The translations under genes were made by a program, and so were the position numbers. The notes under the pieces are model-generated. The model did no database searches. It saw nothing but the letters and a program-made list of their open reading frames with translations, and was not told the DNA's origin. DNA of 64,000 bases from Eledone cirrhosa. Taxonomy: Eukaryota. Location: NCBI GenBank assembly GCA_964016885.1, contig OZ024764.1, positions 10,416,001-10,480,000 of the forward strand, given 5' to 3'. The first letter of the stretch is position 1. Each line of letters opens with the position of its first letter. Positions 53,411 through 64,000 of the stretch are shown here, piece by piece.

Positions 53411-53918
53411 CCCTTTAATGTTCAAACCGGCCAAAACCGGCCAGAATTCTCTACCTTTTTCTGTTGAAACTGGCTGTAACTGGCTATTCAAACTGATGTT
53501 AAGGTATTGTTCTCAAAACAAATACTTTCAAAATCTCATAGATTCGATATTATGTGAGATAATTATGTGAGGTAAAGTCTTTACTGTGACAATACAATAG
53601 TATATATAGAGTAATGTAAATGTTATGTGAGATATTATGTAAGGTAAAGCCTTTACTGTGACAATACAATAGTATATATAGAGTAATGTAAATGTTATGT
53701 GAGATATTATGTGAGGTAAAGCCTTTACTGTGAATATGCAATAGTATATATAAAGTAATGTAAATGTTATGTGAGATATTATGTGAGGTAAAGCCTTTAC
53801 TGTGAATATGCAATAGTATATATAGAGCAATGTAAATGTTATGTGAGATATTATGTGAGGTAAAGCCTTTACCATGAAAATATAATAGTATATATAGAGT
53901 AATTTAAATGCTAAAGGG
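53411..53918. mobile_element. piggyBac-like MITE with internal ~67-bp tandem repeats
   Basis: TTAA|CCCTTTA...TAAAGGG|TTAA. Removing it restores the host LINE reading frame. Confidence 0.8.
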
Positions 53919-54036
53919 TTAAATCCAGGAGAAGTTTCCTAAAGAGTCTCACATCCCCTTGGAACATCAAGCATAAGTAGTGAAAGAGTCACTAGCTGGG
54001 AAGAAAAACTTAACAACCTCCCATCTGTAACAACAA

Positions 54037-55378
54037 TGGAGCTAAAGGTGAGTGAAGCACTGCCCCCTGGAGCTAAAGGTGAGTGAGGCACTTCCCCCTG
54101 GAGCTAAAGGTGAGTGAAGCACTGCCCCCTGGAGCTAAAGGTGAGTGAAGCACTGCCCCCTGGAGCTAAAGGTGAGTGAGGCACTGTCCCCTGGAGCTAA
54201 AGGTGAGTGAGGCACTGCCCCCTGGAGCTAAAGGTGAGTGAGGCACTGCCCCCTGGAGCTAAAGGTGAGTGAGGCACTGTCCCCTGGAGTTAAAGGTGAG
54301 TGAGGCACTGCCCCCTGGAGTTAAAGGTGAGTGAGGCACTGCCCCCTGGAGCTAAAGGTGAGTGAGACACAGCCCCCTGGAGCTAAAGGTGAGTGAGGCA
54401 CTGCCCCCTGGAGCTAAAGGTGAGTGAGGCACTGCCCCCTGGAGTTAAAGGTGAGTGAGGCACTGCCCCCTGGAGCTAAAGGTGAGTGAGGCACTGCCCC
54501 CTGGAGCTAAAGGTGAGTGAGGCACTGTCCCCTGGAGCTAAAGGTGAGTGAGGCACTGTCCCCTGGAGCTAAAGGTGAGTGAGGCACTGTCCCCTGGCGC
54601 TAAAGGTGAGTGAGGCACTGCCCCCTGGCGCTAAAGGTGAGTGAGGCACTGTCCCCTGGCGCTAAAGGTGAGTGAGGCACTGTCCCCTGGAGTTAAAGGT
54701 GAGTGAGGCACTGTCCCCTGGCGCTAAAGGTGAGTGAGGCACTGCCCCCTGGAGCTAAAGGTGAGTGAGGCACTGCCCCCTGGAGCTAAAGGTGAGTGAA
54801 GCACTGCCCCCTGGAGCTAAAGGTGAGTGAGGCACTGTCCCCTGGAGCTAAAGGTGAGTGAGGCACTGCCCCCTGGAGCTAAAGGTGAGTGAGGCACTGT
54901 CCCCTGGAGCTAAAGGTGAGTGAGGCACTGCCCCCTGGAGCTAAAGGTGAGTGAGGCACTGCCCCCTGGAGTTAAAGGTGAGTGAGGCACTGCCCCCTGG
55001 AGCTAAAGGTGAGTGAGGCACTGCCCCCTGGAGCTAAAGGTGAGTGAGGCACTGTCCCCTGGAGCTAAAGGTGAGTGAGGCACTGTCCCCTGGAGCTAAA
55101 GGTGAGTGAGGCACTGTCCCCTGGCGCTAAAGGTGAGTGAGGCACTGCCCCCTGGCGCTAAAGGTGAGTGAGGCACTGTCCCCTGGCGCTAAAGGTGAGT
55201 GAGGCACTGTCCCCTGGAGTTAAAGGTGAGTGAGGCACTGTCCCCCTGGAGCTAAAGGTGAGTGAGGCACTGTCCCCTGGCGCGAAAGGTGAGTGAGGCA
55301 CTGCCCCCTGGCGCTAAAGGTGAGTGAGGCACTGTCCCCCTGGAGCTAAAGGTGAGTGAGGCACTGCCCCCCTGGAGC
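54037..55378. repeat. 31-bp GC-rich minisatellite, ~43 copies
   Basis: Unit tggagctaaaggtgagtgaggcactgccccc. Confidence 0.95.
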
Positions 55379-57296
55379 ACATACAAACTATGCAGTGTGG
55401 AAATGCCTAAACAGACTAAGATCTGGTGTTGGTCGTGCAAAAGTCAATCTGGGACAATGGGGATATTTAAAGGATGGGGACGTTGTTTGTGACTGGAGCA
55501 TTAAACTACAGACTACACAGCACCTCCTGGTATGCCCCCTGATGGAACACCCCCGCACAGCATTGGATTTGGCAGAGTTTAATGAGAAAGGACAGCAATG
55601 TGTTCAGTTGTGGCAGAACCACATCTGGCTAAGCTCTGTAACTGACACGCTTGTGAACACGACAAGAAGACTCTCGTTTATTCTTGTATATATGTAGTGT
55701 ATATATAATGTTGTATATATATATAGTGTGGTATATATATATTGTGGTATATTATAAAAGGATAGCAATGTGTTCAGCTGTGGTGGAACCACATCTAGCC
55801 AAGCTTTGTAACTGACACTCTTGTGAACATGATAAGAAAGAAAGCTCACACCTATGTAGGTTTAGCTGGGCTCCTACAAGGTTGTATCTCATAGGAGGTT
55901 TCTTGGGTGTTTTAATGATAGGGACCCCAGTCCTATCATGTTGTTACAGCTCACACCTATGTAGGTTTAACTGGCCTCCTACAAGGTTGTATCTCAAAGG
56001 AGGTTTCTTGGGGGTTTTAATGATAGGGACCCCAGTCCTATCATGTTGTTACAGCTCACACCTATGTAGGTTTAGCTGGGCTCCTACAAGGTTGTATTTC
56101 ATAGGAGGTTTCTTGGGTGTTTTAATGATAGGGACCCCAGTCTTATCATGTTGTTACAGCTCACACCTATGTAGGTTTAGCTGGCCTCCTACATGGTTGT
56201 ATCCCATAGGAGGTTTCTTGGGGGTTTTAATGATAGGGACCCCAGTCCTATCATGTTGTTACAGCTCACACCTATGTAGGTTTAGCTGGCCTCCTACAAG
56301 GTTGTATCTCAAAGGAGGTTTCTTGGGGGTTTTAATGATAGGGACCCCAGTCCTATCATGTTGTTACAGCTCACACCTATGTAGGTTTAGCTGGCCTCCT
56401 ACAAGGTTGTATCTCAAAGGAGGTTTCTTGGGGGTTTTAATGATAGGGACCCCAGTCCTATCATGTTGTTACAGCTCACACCTATGAAGGTTTAACTGGA
56501 CTCCTACAAGGTTATATCTCAAAGGAAGTTTCTCTGGTGTTTTAATGATAGGGACCTCAGTCCTATCATGTTGTTACAGCTCACACCTATGTAGGTTTAG
56601 CTGGCCTCCTACAAGGTTGTATCTCATATGTTTCTTGGGGGTTTTAATGATAGGGGACTCCAGTCCTATCATGCTGCAGTTCACACCTATGTAGGTTTAG
56701 CTGGTCTCCTACAAGGTTGTATCTCATAGGAGGTTTCTTGGGTGTTTTAATGAGAGGGACCCCAGTCCTATCATGTTGTTACAGCTCACACCTATGTAGG
56801 TTTAGCTGGGCTCCTACAAGGTTGTATTTCATAGGAGGTTTCTTGGGTGTTTTAATGAGAGGGACCCCAGTCTTATGTTGTTGTTGTTGTTGATGATGAT
56901 GATGATGATTATGATGGTGGTGGTGATGATGGCGACAATGAAGACGATGATGATGATGATGGTGATTGAGATTATAGAGATGATGATGATGATGATAGGG
57001 ATAACAATAACGATAATGATGATGGTGATGATGATGGCAGTGATGATGATGGTGATGGTTATAATAATGATGATGATGGTGATGGTTATAATCATTGTTT
57101 CTACATGAGGCACAAGGCCAGCAATTACCCCCAGTACATTACTGGTACTTTATTTTATCGACCCCGTAAGGATGAAAGGCAAAGTCAACCTCGGCGGGAT
57201 TTGAACTCAGACCGTAAAGGGACGTAACTCTATGCTGGAAAGCATGGTGTCCGGCCCTCTACCGATACTGCCAATCCACCGCCCTTGGTTATAATA

Positions 57297-57328
<32 letters not shown>

Positions 57329-57726
57329 GGTGATGGTGATGTTGATGATGATGATGATGATGATTAAGATGATGATGATTATGATGATGAAAAAGATGGT
57401 GATGATGATGATGATGAAGATGATGATTAAGATGATTAAGATGATGATGATGATTAAGATGATGATGATTAAGATGAAGATGATGATGGTGATGATGATG
57501 ATTAAGATGATTAAGATGATTAAGATGATGATTAAGATGATTAAGATGATTAAGATGATGATGATGATGATGATTAAGATGATGATGATGATGATGATTA
57601 AGATGATGATGATGATGATGATGAAGACAATGATGATGATGATGGTGATTATAGAGATGATGATGAAGATGATGATGATGATGATGATGGTGAAGATGAT
57701 GATGATGGTGAAGATGCAATATTTAC

Positions 57727-57812
57727 CCAGGCGAATCCAGTAAGAATGGACAACTTCAGCTGGAATTTTCCGAAACCGATTCTGTCGATGGCCTGTTGTA
57801 AGGTGTAGGTGT
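57727..57812 (-). CDS. SVOP: SVOP-like MFS transporter, first located coding exon (upstream exon(s) not found)
   Basis: ttccag|AC...TGG|gtaaat, 86 nt. Encodes (D)[28 protein letters not shown], matching the SVOP GFGKFQ motif. Confidence 0.92.
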
Positions 57813-59556
57813 CTGGAAGGGAAGGAAGATAGCTTTAAAACAATTAATTACTATATTTCTAACGAGCTATGGTCGCTAACGAGAGCCTGCCCAAATTTAT
57901 GAAAGGGAAAATAAACACAGATACACACACACACACAGACACATACACACACACAGACACACACACACACACAAACACACACACAAAGACACACAGACAC
58001 ACAAAGACACACACACACAGAGACACAATGTAAACAGCAGTCCCACTGTATAAATTGTATTACTATATTTCTAACGAGCTAGGGTCGCTAACGAGAGCCT
58101 GCTCAAAGTTATGAAAGGGAAAAATAAACACAGATACACACACACACACACACAGACACAGACAGACACACACACAAACACACACACACACACACACACA
58201 CACAAAGACACACACACACACACAAACACACACACATACAAACACACACACAAACAAAGACACAGACACACACACAACCACACAAACACACACACAAACA
58301 CACACACACAAAGACACACACACACACAACCACACAAACACACACACACACACACACACAGAGACACACAGACACACACACACACACAGACACAATGTAA
58401 ACAGCAGTCCCACTGTATATATTGTAATATAACCAGAAGTCCCACTGTATAAATTGTATTACTATATTTCTAACGAGCTAGGGTCGCTAACGAGAGCCTG
58501 CTCAAAGTTATGAAAGGGAAAATAAACACAGTTTTAAAAATAATTAATTAATATCTAAAATATAATAAAGTAATGAGTGCGGGACTGTGTCCAGAATATA
58601 TTTTTTTATCCCATTTGTAAAATAAGTTGGATTACTTTGAATAATCCCAGTGTATTACTGGTACTTTATTTTATCAACCCTGTAATAATTGTTACTACTT
58701 TAGGCACAAGGCCAGCAATTATCCCAGTGTATTACTGGTACTTTATTTTATCAACCCTGTAATAATTGTTACTACTTTAGGCACAAGGCCAGCAATTATC
58801 CCAGTGTATTACTGGTACTTTATTTTATCAACCCTGTAATAATTGTTACTACTTTAGGCACAAGGCCAGCAATTATCCCAGTGTATTACTGGTACTTTAT
58901 TTTATCAACCCTGTAATAATTGTTACGACTTTAGGCACAACGCCAGCAATTATCCCAGTGTATTACTGGTACTTTATTTTATCAACCCTGTAATAATTGT
59001 TACTACTTTTGGCACAACGCCAGCAATTATCCCAGTGTATTACTGGTACTTTATTTTATCAACCCTGTAATAATTGTTACGACTTTAGGCACAAGGCCAG
59101 CAATAACCCAGTGCATTACTGGTACTTTATTTTATCGACCCCGTAAGGATGAAAGGCAAAGTTAACCTCGGCGGGATTTGAACTCAGATCATAAAGGGAC
59201 GTAACTCTATGCTTCAAAGCATGGTGTCCGACTCTCTACCGATACTGCCAATCCATAAATAATGAATGAATATTACATAATTTATCTCCTAAATTTCGTT
59301 ATTCTTGATTAAATATAAATAATATTGTTGCTTATTCTAAGATTCACTTCTTTAAAATTTTCAAATGTCAACACTTCCGGTTAGCGATCGCTTAAATAAA
59401 CATTCATATATTTCCGTCTCTAATTTTCTCCTAATGCAGTTTATATATAATATCGTCTTTTTTTAATGTATCATGGATTACTTTACTGATTACATAAGAC
59501 AGTGTAACACAGTCTCTCTTCAATTGCTGTGTATATTGTCAGTTTACTTTTCATTT

Positions 59557-60130
59557 TATGTATCATGTCTACATGCATATATACTTGTGTATAATATCAA
59601 TATACACACTACACATGTATCATATCTACATGCATATATACTTGTGTATAATATCAATATACACACTACACATGTATCATATCTACATGCATATATACTT
59701 GTGTATAATATCAATATACACACTACACATGTATCATATCTACATGCATATATACTTGTGTATAATATCAATATACACACTACACATGTATCATATCTAC
59801 ATGTATATATACTTGTGTATAATATCAATATACACACTACACATGTATCATATCTACATGTATATATACTTGTGTATAATATCAATATACACACTACACA
59901 TGTATCATATCTACATGCATATATACTTGTGTATAATATCAATATACACACTACACATGTATCATATCTACATGTATATATACTTGTGTATAATATCAAT
60001 ATACACACTACACATGTATCATATCTACATGTATATATACTTGTGTATAATATCAATATACACACTACACATGTATCATATCTACATGTATATATACTTG
60101 TGTATAATATCAATATACACACTACACATG
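59557..60130. repeat. 57-bp minisatellite, ~10 copies
   Basis: Unit atgtatcatatctacatgcatatatacttgtgtataatatcaatatacacactacac. Confidence 0.92.
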
Positions 60131-61067
60131 CTAGCAGAAAACCACCCGAAGGCCAGATCAAAGGTAGAACTGTTTGGAAGAGAAGGGAGATAGTTTTAAA
60201 ACAATTAATTACTATATTTCTAATGAGCTAGGGTCGCTAACGAGAGCCTGCTCAAAGGTATGAAAGGGGAAATAAACACTGTTTTAAAAATAATTAATTA
60301 ATATATTTTTAATGAGCCAACCTCTTTAACAAGGGCTAGGTCAAAGGTAGAACTGTTTGGCAGGGAAAGAAGATAGTTTTAAAACAATGACCGTAACCTC
60401 TGGTGTCATGCAGTAATACAGAAAACCCGACCCCCCCCCCACGGGTACAAGACGAAGCTGCAGCATATAGACTATATGCCCCCACCCCTCCCACTGTAAA
60501 GTGGTTGTGTAGGTGCCACAACAAAAAAGCACCCAGTCCACACTGTAAAGTGGACGTGTAGGTGTCACGACAAAAGAGCACCTAGCCCACACTGTAAAGT
60601 GGACGTGTAGGTGTCACGACAAAAGAGCACCTAGCCCACACTGTAAAGTGGTCATGGAGGTGCCATGGTAAAAGAGCACCCAGCCCACACTGTAAAGTGG
60701 ATGTGTAGGCGCCACAGAAAAAAAGCACCCAGCCCACACTGTAAATGAGGTTGTTGTTAGAAAGGGCATCCAGCTGTAGAAATCAAGCCAGAATCAGTTC
60801 CCGTATGAGCAAGACAAGGTCAACCGACCGGACACTGCCTACAACAGGACAACCCGTCTAACCCATGCCAGCATGGAAGAACGGACGTAAAACGGTGATG
60901 ATGATGATGATTTCTAACAAGCTAGGGTCACCAATGAGAGCCTGCTCAAAGGTAGACCAATCTGGCAGGGAAAGAAAACAGTGTGAGAGCAGGGGGGGAT
61001 GGGTCTGACGAGAACCAGTTCAGTTCAAAATGCACATCAACGATTGTCCCCTTTGCATCTACTGCCA

Positions 61068-61080
61068 CCACCAGGTGGCG
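61068..61080 (+). promoter_or_regulatory. Candidate CTCF site
   Basis: CCACCAGGTGGCG fits the CCASYAGRKGGCR core and sits in non-repetitive sequence. Confidence 0.45.
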
Positions 61081-62134
61081 ATAGTCGCCGGTGTTTTTGC
61101 ATAGCTACGGCTTCCTAAATGTTTATATGTAAACATACTGTGTTTCTTTAGAAATATGAAATTCCAATACATATCTGTATACAGCTATGGTCGAAGCTAA
61201 ATCCTAATTCTATTCAATTAGTTTCTATATTTCTAACGAGCTAGGGTCGCTAATAAGAGCCTGCTCAAAGGTATGAAAGGCAAAATAAACAGTTTTAAAA
61301 ATAATTAATTAATATATTTCTAATTAGCCAGCCTCTTTAACTAGGACCTGCTCAAGAGTATAAAAGGGAGAAAAAAAACAGTTTTAAAAATAATTAATTA
61401 ATATATTTCTAATTAGCCAGCCTCTTTAACTAGGACCTGCTCAAGGGTATAAAAGGGAAAAAAAAACAGTTTTAAAAATAATTAATTAATATATTTCTAA
61501 TTAACCAGCCTCTTTAACTAGGACCTGCTCAAAGGTATAAAAGGAAAAAAAAACAATTTTAAAAATAATTAATTAATATATTTCTAATGAGCCAGAATCT
61601 TTAACGAGGGCCAGATCAAAGGTAGAGCTGTTTGGCAGGGGAAAAAAAGACAATTTTAAAATAATTAGTTAACGAGTTAGCCTTCTAATGAGAGCCTGGT
61701 TAAAGGTATAGCTGTCTGAAGGGGAAAAATCCCACAGTTTTAAAAGAATTAGTTGCAGTATTTCTAACGAGCCAGCCTCGTTAACTATAGTCTGCTCAAA
61801 GATAGAGCTGGATAAAACAGAATATAAATAGAACACTTTAATTCATTCATTACCATATTTCTAATTAAAAATTGCATATATATGCATATACACATACATA
61901 CATATACACATACATATATACATATATATATAACGAAGGAATTGTGGTAAGGAACCAGATTGACCATAACGCACCAGAGTACTCAATACTTAGGCTATTA
62001 GAGTGGGTAATAGGAAAAAGTATGACCCCGATGGCAGAGCTCAAGCCGTTTCGATGGCTATTTCAGTCCAGAAATAGCCGTCGAAATGGCTTGAGCTCTG
62101 CCGTCGGGGTCATACTTTTTCCTATTACACATAT

Positions 62135-62167
<33 letters not shown>

Positions 62168-62359
62168 AACATATATACATACATATATATATATACATAC
62201 ATATACATACATACATACATGTATGTGTATATGTATGTATAAAACTCATGACTTTTTGTTCTTGAGGTGAATGGAGTAGGTCTATAAAGTTTCACAATGG
62301 GTGTAACATATGATTGGGGTCTTTTGTTCATATTTAATTGGATTAACTACAACAAGGAA

Positions 62360-63450
62360 AGACACATTAGATAATGTAGTCCTAGATACTCTGTGTCTGT
62401 ATGTAAGACAGGACACATTAGATAATGTAGTCCTAGATACACTGTGTCTGTATGTAAGACAGGACACATTAGATAATGTAGTCCTAGATACACTGTGTCT
62501 GTATATAAGACAGGACACATTAGATAATGTAGTCCTAGATACACTATGTCTGCATGTAAGACAGGACACATTAGATAATGTAGTCCTAGATACACTGTCT
62601 GTATATAAGACAGGACACATTAGATAATGTAGTCCTAGATACACTATGTCTGTATATAAGACAGGACACATTAGATAGTGTAGTCCTAGATACACTATGT
62701 CTGCATGTAAGACAGGACACATTAGATAATGTAGTCCTAGATACACTGTCTGTATATAAGACAGGACACATTAGATAATGTAGTCCTAGATACACTGTGT
62801 CTGTATATAAAACAGGACACATTAGATAATGTAGTCCTAGATACACTGTGTCTGTATGTAAGACAGGACACATTAGATAATGTAGTCCTAGATACACTGT
62901 CTGTATATAAGACAGGACACATTAGATAATGTAGTCCTAGATACACTATGTCTGTATATAAGACAGGACACATTAGATAGTGTAGTCCTAGATACACTGT
63001 CTGTATATAAGACAGGACACATTAGATAATGTAGTCCTAGATACACTGTGTCTGTATATAAGACAGGACACATTAGATAATGTAGTCCTAGATACACTGT
63101 GTCTATATATGACAGGACACATTAGATAATGTAGTCCTAGATACACTGTGTCTATATATAAGACAGGACACATTAGATAATGTAGTCCTAGATACACTGT
63201 GTCTGTATATAAGACAGGACACATTAGATAATGTAGTCCTAGATACACTGTGTCTATATATGACAGGACACATTAGATAATGTAGTCCTAGATACACTGT
63301 GTCTGTATATAAAACAGGCCACATTAGATAGTGTAGTCCTAGATACACTGTGTCTGGATAAAAGTCAGAATGTTCACAGCTGGAACATCTTTGATCCTAT
63401 CATAGGTCTGCTCGTTGAGGACTGACCTGGGGCTAAACAACAACAACAAT
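62360..63450 (+). repeat. 51/49-bp tandem array (~20 copies) ending in a retroposon tail
   Basis: Unit gacaggacacattagataatgtagtcctagatacactgtgtctgtatataa; ends ...gacctggggctaaa(CAA)n. Confidence 0.9.
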
Positions 63451-64000
63451 TATAACAACAATGGCACTACTCTATGAAACTAGGAGTGGGCTCTACAAAG
63501 CCATAAGCAGCTGTCCATCTCCACCTCTGTATTATCGCATCAAATAAATATTTAATCAATATATGTATCGGTATTGATGCAGTGCCTGACAAAGACTCTG
63601 ACCTACCGATTGCATTTGATCTCTTATTGATCTGGTCAGTATATGTTCGACAAATCACGTTACTAAATTATGCCCAATACACTCTGCAATGCTATGCTCT
63701 GTTGTCTAGGAGGCTGAATATTGTTTTTTTGTTTTTATGTGCCATGTGGTATTTATGGGGTTAAACCTTTCATTACAATATTTCTAATGAAAGATACCGT
63801 TGGTGTTTGGAACATAACTTAACAAAGGTTCTTACATAAAATGATAATAAAATTATAAAGTTTTTATATAAATATAAACACTCTAACCCTTTCATTACCA
63901 TATTTCTAATGAAAGAGACTGTTGGTGTTTGGAACATAACTTAACAAAGGTTCTTACATAAAATGATAATAAAATTATAAAGTTTTTATATAAATATAAA

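Larger units (their letters stand above)
53238..55842 (+). mobile_element. Ingi/Vingi-like non-LTR retrotransposon 3' part, interrupted
   Basis: CLRSTPMDSLYILVGIAPP...HPLFGH...RL/KSRRSFL...WKCLNRLRSGVGR...WG...CD...HLLVCP; flanked by direct repeat agctcacac; (AAGA)n tail. Confidence 0.75.
52135..56875. repeat. 105-bp tandem array split by nested insertions (52135-53237 and 55843-56875)
   Basis: Period 105 (102 in some units); each unit carries the hairpin atgatagggaccccagtcctatcat. Confidence 0.9.

Noticed and set aside
59473-60231. 252-aa repeat ORF
   Set aside because: Read-through of a 57-bp minisatellite with no protein family signal.
61010-61115. Possible upstream SVOP exon
   Set aside because: Stops in all frames from the best acceptor, wrong phase, and no SVOP similarity.
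63467-63764. Short ORFs in unique-looking sequence
   Set aside because: No recognisable homology or consistent splice signals.

Overview
AT-rich, microsatellite-saturated animal genomic DNA. The SINE/LINE repertoire and (TA)n density point to a coleoid cephalopod, probably Octopus (inference). Almost all ORFs in the supplied track are simple-repeat or TE artefacts. The one real protein-coding gene is on the minus strand: an SVOP (synaptic vesicle 2-related, MFS transporter) orthologue. I read 15 GT-AG coding exons by hand from 57812 down to the stop at 9438. They are phase-consistent and encode about 471 aa; the N-terminal exon(s) were not located. Introns hold fragments of RTE, CR1 and Vingi/Ingi-like LINEs, tRNA-SINEs, TTAA-flanked piggyBac-like MITEs, a Helentron-like element and many tandem arrays that visibly grew out of TE segments. 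The most striking hidden layer is about 13 minimal type-I hammerhead ribozyme motifs (CUGANGA...GAAA...NUH) from several distinct families. Many sit in long inverted repeats typical of Penelope-like element remnants, and seven would be in the SVOP pre-mRNA. Also notable are a multi-level nested TE insertion and a ~43-copy 31-bp array of CTCF-like motifs. All calls are by eye; TE boundaries are approximate.
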